Below are positions 56,285 through 64,000 of a DNA stretch of 64,000 nt, in pieces. This stretch comes from a virus: positions 36,683 to 100,682 of IMG/VR virus record IMGVR_UViG_3300027057_000001; one strand, written 5' to 3'. The position numbers and the translations under genes were made by a program. How positions within the stretch are numbered: position 1 is the stretch's first letter; each line of letters opens with the position of its first letter. The notes beneath the pieces were generated by a model. That model did no database searches. It was not told where the DNA came from and saw only the letters and a list, made by a program, of their open reading frames with translations.

Positions 56285-57711
56285 TGGCACGGTGGGTCAG
56301 AAACCTTGGAACGCGGCCAGTTGTTTCGTCAGCATGGGGCACGACCTTCATTCTGAGCTACACCATTGAGTTGCTTAGGATGCTCGGGTGGACGCTCGAC
56401 TCTGACGATGGTGATGCCTTCTGGGCTGGAAGCTGCCGAGTGATTGATCAGGCTCCTGGTGTTGGTGGCTTCGAGGTCGATGCGCTCAATCCTCGTCGGA
56501 TTTATGACCCTGGTGGTCGCTTCACGCAGGCTATGGCTGACGACAGCTACGCTCTCATTTTGCGTGGCGGGGCGGCGAACGGTGGTGCTGGTTACGAGCA
56601 GAACCAGTCGGCGTGGCGCATCGTGACTTACATCGACGCGAACAACATCGAGGTGGACCCCAACGGCTTCAGCCCCTTTGGATGGCAGACGGACACACAG
56701 ATGGGCGGAACGGTGCTCGATCCGGTCCTCGACAAGCCACCCGGCGGGGGTTGGGTTATTTACAACGCCCCTTCTCCATCGAGGGCTCAACTTCGGCTCG
56801 AATATAACAGCGATTCGTACCTCTACGTCACCATGGCTCCGATGGGGCAAGACCTCGTTGAGACGGGGAACGGAACAACGGACGCCATCGACGCCACAGG
56901 TGCTCCAACATGCACGGTCACACTCGCATCGCTCGCTGGACGGCTCAACAAGCACATGCCGGGGACGAACATCACCATTGCAGGGGCGGCGAACGCTCTT
57001 GACGATGGAACCTTCCCGATCACGGCCATCGACAACGCGACTGGTGAGGTGACCTACACCAATGCGAACGGGGTGGGCGATGCGTCTTTCAGCGGGACGG
57101 TGACCATCGACGGCATAGCAACCTTCACGGATCAGATAGACATTGGCAGCTACTACATGATCGAGGCCCGCTGGAATATGTACGCCGACGACGATGGCTT
57201 TCATATGTACTGGCATCAGCAGCAGCAGAACACGGGCACTCGATACAAGAGCTTCTTCTCGTGTGCGAAACTTGTCGATGTGGCAAGCGGCGATACCGAC
57301 CCTTGGTACGTCAGAGGGGACGCGCAGATCGGTTCAAATAAGCCGTGGGAGCAGGAGCTATACCTCAAAATGCTCGACGGTGCTGTCGCCCCGGCTTCAA
57401 TCACAGGCTACCCGACATACTGGAAGCGTGACTGGGACCAGGATGACGGCGTTTGTTACGCAAACCAGTTTGGCATGAGGGTCGAGAATGGGAGCCCAGG
57501 CAAGACCTTGCTCGTCGAGCCGTGGGTGGTCATGGGCGACAGGTTGAACAGCGGCGCGTGCATTCGAGGCCGCATGTCGAAGGTGGCCATCGGGTATACC
57601 GGCTTCGGCAATTCGAGGCCGGTGGATGCTGCGGGAACGTGGGTTCACTTCACGGGCGGGAATTTCTTCCCTCGCAATGGCCCGAACGATCAGTTGCCAA
57701 TTTTCGTGTAG
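56284..57711 (+). CDS. Fibre/appendage protein sharing a domain with the sheath
   Basis: DAIDATGAPTC...DDGTFPITAID module. Confidence 0.6.
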   Translation: MARWVRNLGTRPVVSSAWGTTFILSYTIELLRMLGWTLDSDDGDAFWAGSCRVIDQAPGVGGFEVDALNPRRIYDPGGRFTQAMADDSYALILRGGAANGGAGYEQNQSAWRIVTYIDANNIEVDPNGFSPFGWQTDTQMGGTVLDPVLDKPPGGGWVIYNAPSPSRAQLRLEYNSDSYLYVTMAPMGQDLVETGNGTTDAIDATGAPTCTVTLASLAGRLNKHMPGTNITIAGAANALDDGTFPITAIDNATGEVTYTNANGVGDASFSGTVTIDGIATFTDQIDIGSYYMIEARWNMYADDDGFHMYWHQQQQNTGTRYKSFFSCAKLVDVASGDTDPWYVRGDAQIGSNKPWEQELYLKMLDGAVAPASITGYPTYWKRDWDQDDGVCYANQFGMRVENGSPGKTLLVEPWVVMGDRLNSGACIRGRMSKVAIGYTGFGNSRPVDAAGTWVHFTGGNFFPRNGPNDQLPIFV

Positions 57712-57724
57712 GAAGGATTGAGTC

Positions 57725-59791
57725 ATGGCAACCAAGCACTGGGTGAGAGACGTCAGTATCACTGACCCAAACTGCTCTTCCGGCAATCAGCTTGCTGCGA
57801 ACGCGATCCTCTACCACTTCCTCCGCGTGGCAGGGTTCAACTGGCTGTGGGAAGCTGGCAATCAGGGCCATTCCGTCGATCCAAACTGGGTGCCCGACGG
57901 CAACATGGAGGAGCCGACGAATCCGCCTCCGTCGTGGACGGCTACGTTGGGCGCGACCGTCTCCAAGGTGACGACACCCATCGACAGCGGTTCGCAAGCC
58001 TTGGAGGTCACCAATGTCGGCAGTGGCGGTGTGCGGTCGGCTGACATGGGCCTCGCTCCGAACCCGGTCACGGTGACGGCGCAGAACGGTGCGTCGATGA
58101 CTGGTCCAGATGCCAAGGGCAAGATGACATTCGACTACCAAGCCTCCCTCATTGACGAGGAGTGCTTGGGCATGGAGGTCGAGATCAGCGGAGACGCGGC
58201 CTCTGGGAACAATGGGCGCTTCGCCGTGGTGGGGTGGCCTGATGCGACAGGCGACGACAAGGTCATCTTCTGGAACCCAAGCGGCACGGCGAAGGGCTAC
58301 ACGACGACGACTGACGAGGCCACGGTCACGCTCCGACCGATTTTCGTCTTGACGATGGTGGTCTCCAACAGCGGCCCCTCGCTCACGGTCAGTGTGGACC
58401 GGGGTGACGGTTCGCCATCCGTCGTCGGCTCCATCCCGAACAACGGCGGGGTCTACACGCGGTACAGCTTCAGTTTCAGCCTTCAGGGCTCTGGGGCGAC
58501 TTACGTCTACGTGCAGAACTCCTCGTCGGGACCATCGTTCTACATCGACTCGATGCACGTCTTCAGGTCGAGCTTCGAGTATTACATGGCCCGTGACGAG
58601 GCCGTGGCGAGCCCTGATCCGGCGCACTACGGCTTCACCAACGACCTCGCACCGAACCACTACGGCGTGGACGGCACGCTCACCAACCCGGACAGGTTCT
58701 CGGCGGGGGCGGGAGACAACTACTCACCGGGAGCGGCTGACGTCGGCAAGCACCTGTTCGTTTGGGACCCGGTGAACAACAAGAACAGCGGGTGCTACGA
58801 GATCATCGCCGACGTCGGGGGTGGCGTCGTGCAGGTCAACCTTCGCAGCGGGTCAGCGGCGTTCGTCAACGCCTCTGGGCTCAGGTGGCGCATCGTCAAC
58901 ATCTACCAGGACTCGCCACCTGGCAACGGCGTCGGCCCCTTCGGCAACGTCTACATGCCCAACTGGCAGCAGTCGTGCGGCTTCGGGATCGAAAGCACGC
59001 ACACCTCGAAGTGGCGCTTCTTCATGAGGCAGAACCAGAACGGGGGGCAGAACGTCAAGTCGTCGGAGATGTGGAGCGCCCCAGAAGACACCGACTTCGA
59101 CCAGGGTTCAGGTCAGTTCTGGACCTCGGGGCCATCGACGCAGCGGAACAGAAGTGGTCCGTGGTCGAGGAATGTTGGGTCTGGCGGCGACAACCCGAAC
59201 ATCCACACATGGCGTGGAAATTACAACTACTTGGTCAACGCTACGACGCGCACGTTCGTCATGACAGATGAAGACCTCTCTTTCCTGACGATGGTTCACT
59301 TTTCCCCGAACAACAGCGAGCATGGGTGCTTCTTCGTTGGGTATCACGACCCCGACATCAACCATCCTGGCATCATGAGCTTCGTTCACCTGGCGCGGTG
59401 GGAAGGGATCTCTCCGAGGAACGAAATTTACTTCGATGACAGTGTTGGTGAGCGTTTCGGTTTTGAGGGCACAGGGTTCGACCACAACGAACTCTCTGTG
59501 CGGTGCTGTCTCTCACAACTCGGCTATGGCGAATCGACAGACACGCCCCATCAGCAGTCGAAAGCTGGACCGAACCCGTGGTCGGGCGAGGAGTGGCTTC
59601 AGGAGCTTCGGATCACCAACGACCCGTATGGGACACAGGCGGTTCCATCGGACAGGGACGCTGGTGTCGGCATCGGCGTCTACCAAGGGAGGATCAACAT
59701 GGCGAACCTCTCGACGTTCGATAGCGACCAGTACCTCCACTTCGACAACGGGCTCGTGTGGGAGTGGAGCGGCGAGAGCATTCTGCCGTAG
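57725..59791 (+). CDS. Appendage protein with a CBM-like domain
   Basis: NWVPDGNMEE...SGSQAL...FYIDSM jelly-roll signature; N-terminus resembles the upstream gene (WVR). Confidence 0.6.
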   Translation: MATKHWVRDVSITDPNCSSGNQLAANAILYHFLRVAGFNWLWEAGNQGHSVDPNWVPDGNMEEPTNPPPSWTATLGATVSKVTTPIDSGSQALEVTNVGSGGVRSADMGLAPNPVTVTAQNGASMTGPDAKGKMTFDYQASLIDEECLGMEVEISGDAASGNNGRFAVVGWPDATGDDKVIFWNPSGTAKGYTTTTDEATVTLRPIFVLTMVVSNSGPSLTVSVDRGDGSPSVVGSIPNNGGVYTRYSFSFSLQGSGATYVYVQNSSSGPSFYIDSMHVFRSSFEYYMARDEAVASPDPAHYGFTNDLAPNHYGVDGTLTNPDRFSAGAGDNYSPGAADVGKHLFVWDPVNNKNSGCYEIIADVGGGVVQVNLRSGSAAFVNASGLRWRIVNIYQDSPPGNGVGPFGNVYMPNWQQSCGFGIESTHTSKWRFFMRQNQNGGQNVKSSEMWSAPEDTDFDQGSGQFWTSGPSTQRNRSGPWSRNVGSGGDNPNIHTWRGNYNYLVNATTRTFVMTDEDLSFLTMVHFSPNNSEHGCFFVGYHDPDINHPGIMSFVHLARWEGISPRNEIYFDDSVGERFGFEGTGFDHNELSVRCCLSQLGYGESTDTPHQQSKAGPNPWSGEEWLQELRITNDPYGTQAVPSDRDAGVGIGVYQGRINMANLSTFDSDQYLHFDNGLVWEWSGESILP

Positions 59792-59797
59792 GAGGCG

Positions 59798-60079
59798 ATG
59801 ATGACGGTGATCTACGGAACGGTGGAAGCAACGGGGACATGGTTCCGGCCCGGTGCCCAGACGCCTGGTGAGACGGCTGAGGCGGGGTTCTACCCGTTCC
59901 CCCTCCCTGGCTCAGTGCAGGCCACCTACCTCAACAAGTGCGTGGACGGGGTGACGAACCAGTGGGTGTTCTGGGAGACCTTCTTCCAGGACCGCAACGG
60001 AACGCAGTATCCTGGACAGAGCTTCGACTCGGCAACCTACAAGGTCGAAACCATCGTTCACCAGAGGGAGCAGGTGTAG
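59798..60079 (+). CDS. Small hypothetical protein
   Basis: GGAGG RBS. Confidence 0.55.
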   Translation: MMTVIYGTVEATGTWFRPGAQTPGETAEAGFYPFPLPGSVQATYLNKCVDGVTNQWVFWETFFQDRNGTQYPGQSFDSATYKVETIVHQREQV

Positions 60080-60082
60080 GGA

Positions 60083-61603
60083 GTGCCAGGCTTTGGGTCA
60101 GGACCATTCGGCAGCGGACCATTCGGGTCCTACGACTGGGCACGCCAGGTGCTCTATCGGGACTGGCCCGACATCGACCGCAGGCTCGACGAGGAGAACG
60201 ACTTCGCTCTGCGGACCTGGACCGAGGCCATGGGTCCTCTCTTCGAGGAGATGCTGACCTTCACCAGGGATTTCGAGCAGCTTCGAGACCCGGACAGCAT
60301 CAGGACTCAGTTCCAGGACAACATCAGCATCACCATCGTCTCCTCGGCGGTCGAGGTGGTGAACAGGACGGTGCGGGTCGAGGTTCTGGACACAGACCCC
60401 AATGACCCGCTGGTGCCCCTGGGGCGCACGTCAGTGGGCTGGATTCTGGAGGACGTGGACGGTAGGGAGTTCACCGTCAACGAGGTCCACAAGCTCTCTG
60501 CGGCCTTCACGGTGGCCGGGAACATCCTTCCCACGGCTGGGACAGCGACTCTGAGGCCCCCGGCGCTCATCGGCTATCTGGGCGAGGACTACGGCCTGAC
60601 CATCGACCAGCACGACGCCGAGGTCTTCCAGAGGCGCTTCGCTGGCAGCGCGTTCCAGTGGCTCTCACTGAAGGGTATCCAGCGGGCCTACAAGATCATC
60701 GGGCTGGTGGCTGGCTACGACGTGGTGGCCTACCGGCTGTGGAGCCTCCCGGACCCTCCGCCGAGCTTCATCCCGTCCGACCATCTCTTCGAGATCCCGG
60801 CTGGCTCAGGGGTCTGGTACACGGACCTCGAACCGAGGATGCCGCGCTACGACGAGGTGGCTGCCGACTACATCCCGACCGACGTCATGTGCTGGGACGA
60901 CGCTGGTGGAGGCCAGACCTACGGGGAGTTGATCGGGTCGAACCTCCAGAACATGACGGTGACCGGGACCTCGTATGACGCCGTGACGGGGAAGTGGACC
61001 ATCACGTTCACAGAGAACGCTGCTGACGACATGGGCGTCATCGCCTCCGCTGGCTACGTGACCGACACGGAGGTCTCCGGGTGGTACGCGACCTTCCCGA
61101 ATGGTGACGGCGGGGACTTCCCGCTTGAAGCTGACCCGGTTCACATCGGCGGGCTCTCCTACTCTGTGGAGGTGGTGGGGCAGCCGACGCTGACGGTGGG
61201 CTCCGAGATCAGCATCGACTACGAGTGCCCCATCGTGGTCGCCTGCTGGTTCTGCCCGGCGAGCGCCATCAGGGTCACCATCGTGCCCGACGAGGTGCTG
61301 AACGAACCGGAGAGCTTGCTCGACGACGCGCTGGCAAGGATGGTCCGCAAGATCCTGCTCGTGGTGCCCATCCACGTCAGGCTCACCCAGTTGACGCACA
61401 TCGTTGGCCCAGTCGCGGCGGCGGTCTACGTCAGCACGACTCCGGGGCCTGGTCACATCTACGCGGAGGTGTCGTCCCAGCAGAGGGCTCTGTTCGCCTA
61501 CGCCTCGGTAGGGTACTATTTCGACATCGTGGAGGCCGACGTCATCGAGACAGATCCTCCGCACATCGCCGTGGCAAACGTGACACAGTACACGGTCCCG
61601 TAG
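60083..61603 (+). CDS. Baseplate wedge, gp7/P2-I-like
   Basis: GFGSGPFG start, DPD, LIGYLGEDYG, LKG, VVPIHV motifs. Confidence 0.7.
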   Translation: MPGFGSGPFGSGPFGSYDWARQVLYRDWPDIDRRLDEENDFALRTWTEAMGPLFEEMLTFTRDFEQLRDPDSIRTQFQDNISITIVSSAVEVVNRTVRVEVLDTDPNDPLVPLGRTSVGWILEDVDGREFTVNEVHKLSAAFTVAGNILPTAGTATLRPPALIGYLGEDYGLTIDQHDAEVFQRRFAGSAFQWLSLKGIQRAYKIIGLVAGYDVVAYRLWSLPDPPPSFIPSDHLFEIPAGSGVWYTDLEPRMPRYDEVAADYIPTDVMCWDDAGGGQTYGELIGSNLQNMTVTGTSYDAVTGKWTITFTENAADDMGVIASAGYVTDTEVSGWYATFPNGDGGDFPLEADPVHIGGLSYSVEVVGQPTLTVGSEISIDYECPIVVACWFCPASAIRVTIVPDEVLNEPESLLDDALARMVRKILLVVPIHVRLTQLTHIVGPVAAAVYVSTTPGPGHIYAEVSSQQRALFAYASVGYYFDIVEADVIETDPPHIAVANVTQYTVP

Positions 61604-61615
61604 GAGGAGGAGAAG

Positions 61616-62344
61616 GTGGCGGCATCAGCAAGTGTACAGGATAACTGGCGAACCATGCTGGCCCGCATCTTCTCGCGGGACCTTGGTGGGACCTGGGACG
61701 CCCACAAGGAGATCGTTCGTTTCAAGATCGGCGAGGGGGGCGGTTCGGGCGGAACGCCCATCACCCCGGACGCGACCTTCGACGACGTGCAGGGCGAGGG
61801 TGAGAAGAAGACCGGCCTGGCGAGCTTCGGCAATGGGTCCACGGCGGTGACCGGCGACGGCTCCTGCTCCTTCATGACGGAGTTCGCGGTCAACGACTGG
61901 ATCAAGCCCGGAGCGAAGACTACGGGCGGCGGGATCAGTCCCTACGCACCGGGAGAGCCCGGGACCGAGTACGACGAGTGGGGCCAGATCTGGCACATCA
62001 CGGACAACAACAATCTGGTCCTCACAGCGCCATACGCTGGGCCGAGCACGCCAGAGGACCGTCCCCCGATGAAGGCGACGGCGGCTCAGGGGCCGCTGTT
62101 CGTGTTCCGCAAGGTACTCAACACCGCAGACGTCGTCTTCTTCAGCAGCAGCCCTGCCATCTGCGAGGTGACGACGCTGGTGGCGGGGGCAGAGGCGAAT
62201 CTCGACCAGTTGGGGAACAGCCCGGACTTCTATGAAGTCGGTGGGTTCGACGAAGACGGCGTGATGGTGTTCTACTGCACGTTCGACGTTCAGACCAAGG
62301 TGGCTGGGGTCCAGCTTGTGACCATCATCCAACTGGTCTTTTAG
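61616..62344 (+). CDS. Tail-collar/fibre-attachment protein (DUF3751-like)
   Basis: FKIGEG, EANL, EVGGFDEDGVMVFY..F..QTK; inserted NGSTAVTG module. Confidence 0.65.
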   Translation: MAASASVQDNWRTMLARIFSRDLGGTWDAHKEIVRFKIGEGGGSGGTPITPDATFDDVQGEGEKKTGLASFGNGSTAVTGDGSCSFMTEFAVNDWIKPGAKTTGGGISPYAPGEPGTEYDEWGQIWHITDNNNLVLTAPYAGPSTPEDRPPMKATAAQGPLFVFRKVLNTADVVFFSSSPAICEVTTLVAGAEANLDQLGNSPDFYEVGGFDEDGVMVFYCTFDVQTKVAGVQLVTIIQLVF

Positions 62345-62356
62345 AAGGAGAAGGCG

Positions 62357-64000
62357 ATGGCGACTGACCTGGCAACACCATCGAACACGCTGGCGAAGAT
62401 CCGGTGGCACGAGCAGTACGTCTCCGAGGGTGTCAATAAGAAATTCAACGGGATAGCCCCGCACGGCGTCATCCGGGGAGGTCGTCTCGGCACGAGCTTG
62501 CTCAACGACACCGTGACGGTGGAGGCCGACCCGGACACGAACGACAGCATCTACTCGGCCATCGACGCCAACGGCCACCAAGTGACGTTCAGGCAGTACG
62601 GCGACGTCGCGCTGAACCTTTCGGCGCTCGCCGGGAGCACGGTGTACATCGGGCTGGAGGTCGTCTACGTCGTCAGTGCTGACACCACGGTGAAGTGGAG
62701 AGCCTTCAGCCAGGCAGAGGTGGACGCTGACGCCTCTCTCGTCGTGCTGGGTTCCGTGGACGTCCCGGGCGTCTCTGCGATCATCCCGGAGTCGGACATC
62801 TACTACGACAGAAGACGCGATGCCGGGTGGAACCTCTCGGCGGGGATGAGGGACTGGCGGCAGATCGTCGTGAACCCATCCTTCGAGGGGCGTGCCGTCA
62901 GCATCAACGATGACACCGAAGAGCTTCGCGACTTCCCCTTCTGGGAGATGAGGATCTTCTCCTCTCCCGCATCATGGAGAGTGCTTTCTCCGGGCTCTGG
63001 CCCTGCTTCGCAGCCGCACACCGGGTACAACAACCTCATCGCGAACGGCGGTGGTGTAGGTGCCCATTCGATGACGGCAACGCCCGTCGTGAGCCCGAGA
63101 GTCACCCCTGGCCAGGTCGTCAAGTCGTCGGTGTGGGTGCGTGGTGACGCCGTCACGCTTGGCTCTGGGGCCGGGGCGAGCGTCGGGATGGTCTTCATCT
63201 TCTACGACTGGGACGGCAACCTCGTGACGTCCTACCAGTACGTGGAGGACGGCACCGTCGTGACGGGCACCTTCGACTGGTTCGAGATCAGCGCGACGTT
63301 CAAGGTGCCCGCGACGACGTGCATCATGATGGCCTACCTGTGGGTGGCCGACCCGGCGAGCTTCGCTGGCGACATCGGCTTCGACGACTTCCAGATCTGG
63401 CTGGAGCCCGGAAGGGTTCACATGCCGGAGGATCGGAGAGTGGACGTCATCGGTAACGAGGTGACGGCGTCGGGGCTCATCGTCACTCCGTCTCCCGCGC
63501 AGGCGGCGTCAGTCCTCGGAGACATCGACCCGTCAGACATCGCCCAGCGCGCTCTGAGGCTGATGTGCAAGGACCCGAACCAGACGTCTCTGGAGCACGA
63601 GTGGAGGATGGTCAGCGACGCCATCGTAAGCTGGATAATGTCGCTGCCGCAGGGGAAGCTCCACATCGGCAAGAACCTGGCCGGGTCCACCAACAACGCG
63701 ATCAAGGAGCGGCTGAAGACCTGGTTCTACAACACCGACGGCCACTACTCCCTCATGTGGGAGATGGATGGAGATGGGGGAACCAGCGCGAGGGGGAAGA
63801 TCAGGATCTATGTGGCAGAGGGTGCGCCGGTTTCCGGCAACCAGATGGTGGTGTGCATCACCCACAACGCTGAGTACGATCCGGCGCTCAACGCTGGTGC
63901 TGGCGGCTGGACGAGGGACGTCTTCGGGTCGTCCTACAGGTTCGACATTGGTCGTGGTGACCTGGTCTACTACGGGTACTCGCAGACGGACCCAGACGGT
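62357..64000 (+). CDS. Long tail fibre, 3'-truncated, with a CBM4/9-like domain
   Basis: AGGAG RBS; MATDLATPSNTLAKIRW...VVNPSFEG...GFDDFQIW; appears open to the window end. Confidence 0.7.
   Translation, partial: MATDLATPSNTLAKIRWHEQYVSEGVNKKFNGIAPHGVIRGGRLGTSLLNDTVTVEADPDTNDSIYSAIDANGHQVTFRQYGDVALNLSALAGSTVYIGLEVVYVVSADTTVKWRAFSQAEVDADASLVVLGSVDVPGVSAIIPESDIYYDRRRDAGWNLSAGMRDWRQIVVNPSFEGRAVSINDDTEELRDFPFWEMRIFSSPASWRVLSPGSGPASQPHTGYNNLIANGGGVGAHSMTATPVVSPRVTPGQVVKSSVWVRGDAVTLGSGAGASVGMVFIFYDWDGNLVTSYQYVEDGTVVTGTFDWFEISATFKVPATTCIMMAYLWVADPASFAGDIGFDDFQIWLEPGRVHMPEDRRVDVIGNEVTASGLIVTPSPAQAASVLGDIDPSDIAQRALRLMCKDPNQTSLEHEWRMVSDAIVSWIMSLPQGKLHIGKNLAGSTNNAIKERLKTWFYNTDGHYSLMWEMDGDGGTSARGKIRIYVAEGAPVSGNQMVVCITHNAEYDPALNAGAGGWTRDVFGSSYRFDIGRGDLVYYGYSQTDPDG

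Noticed and set aside
1-64000. Stop-codon reassignment
   Set aside because: TAG, TGA and TAA all end conserved genes at the expected lengths
52028-64000. Diversity-generating retroelement or invertible fibre cassette
   Set aside because: No reverse transcriptase, invertase or template/variable repeat pair was seen in the window
1-64000. tRNA/rRNA genes, integrase, transposase
   Set aside because: None recognised; intergenic gaps are mostly too short. A tRNAscan or Infernal run would be decisive.

Overview
This is a 64 kb, GC-rich fragment of a large myovirus-type (contractile-tail) phage genome. Almost all real genes lie on the + strand and use the standard genetic code. Gene order: a recombination/resolvase cluster (Hjc-like, Cas4-like, RuvC-like), probable small terminase, large terminase with an HNH-bearing intein, a T4-like head module (gp20-like portal, core proteins, gp21-like protease fused to scaffold, gp23-like capsid), neck, sheath, two gp19-like tube genes, a ~9 kb block of fibre/decoration genes, a small early-promoter island, tail chaperone with a -1 frameshift, tape measure, baseplate, and tail fibres including a sulfotransferase. 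Two free-standing HNH endonucleases are also present. The most notable unexplained signals are: (1) large head-associated ORFs built as basic domains separated by acidic linkers ending in gp21-type Glu sites, plus small basic proteins with a shared leader motif, suggesting a protease-released capsid cargo system; (2) a perfect 19-23 bp palindrome present three times, about 21.4 kb apart; (3) three near-identical promoter+RBS cassettes driving tiny Cys-rich or acidic genes inside the late region; (4) surface domains shared between capsid, sheath and fibre-like proteins. All family calls come from motif recognition by eye; no database searches were run.
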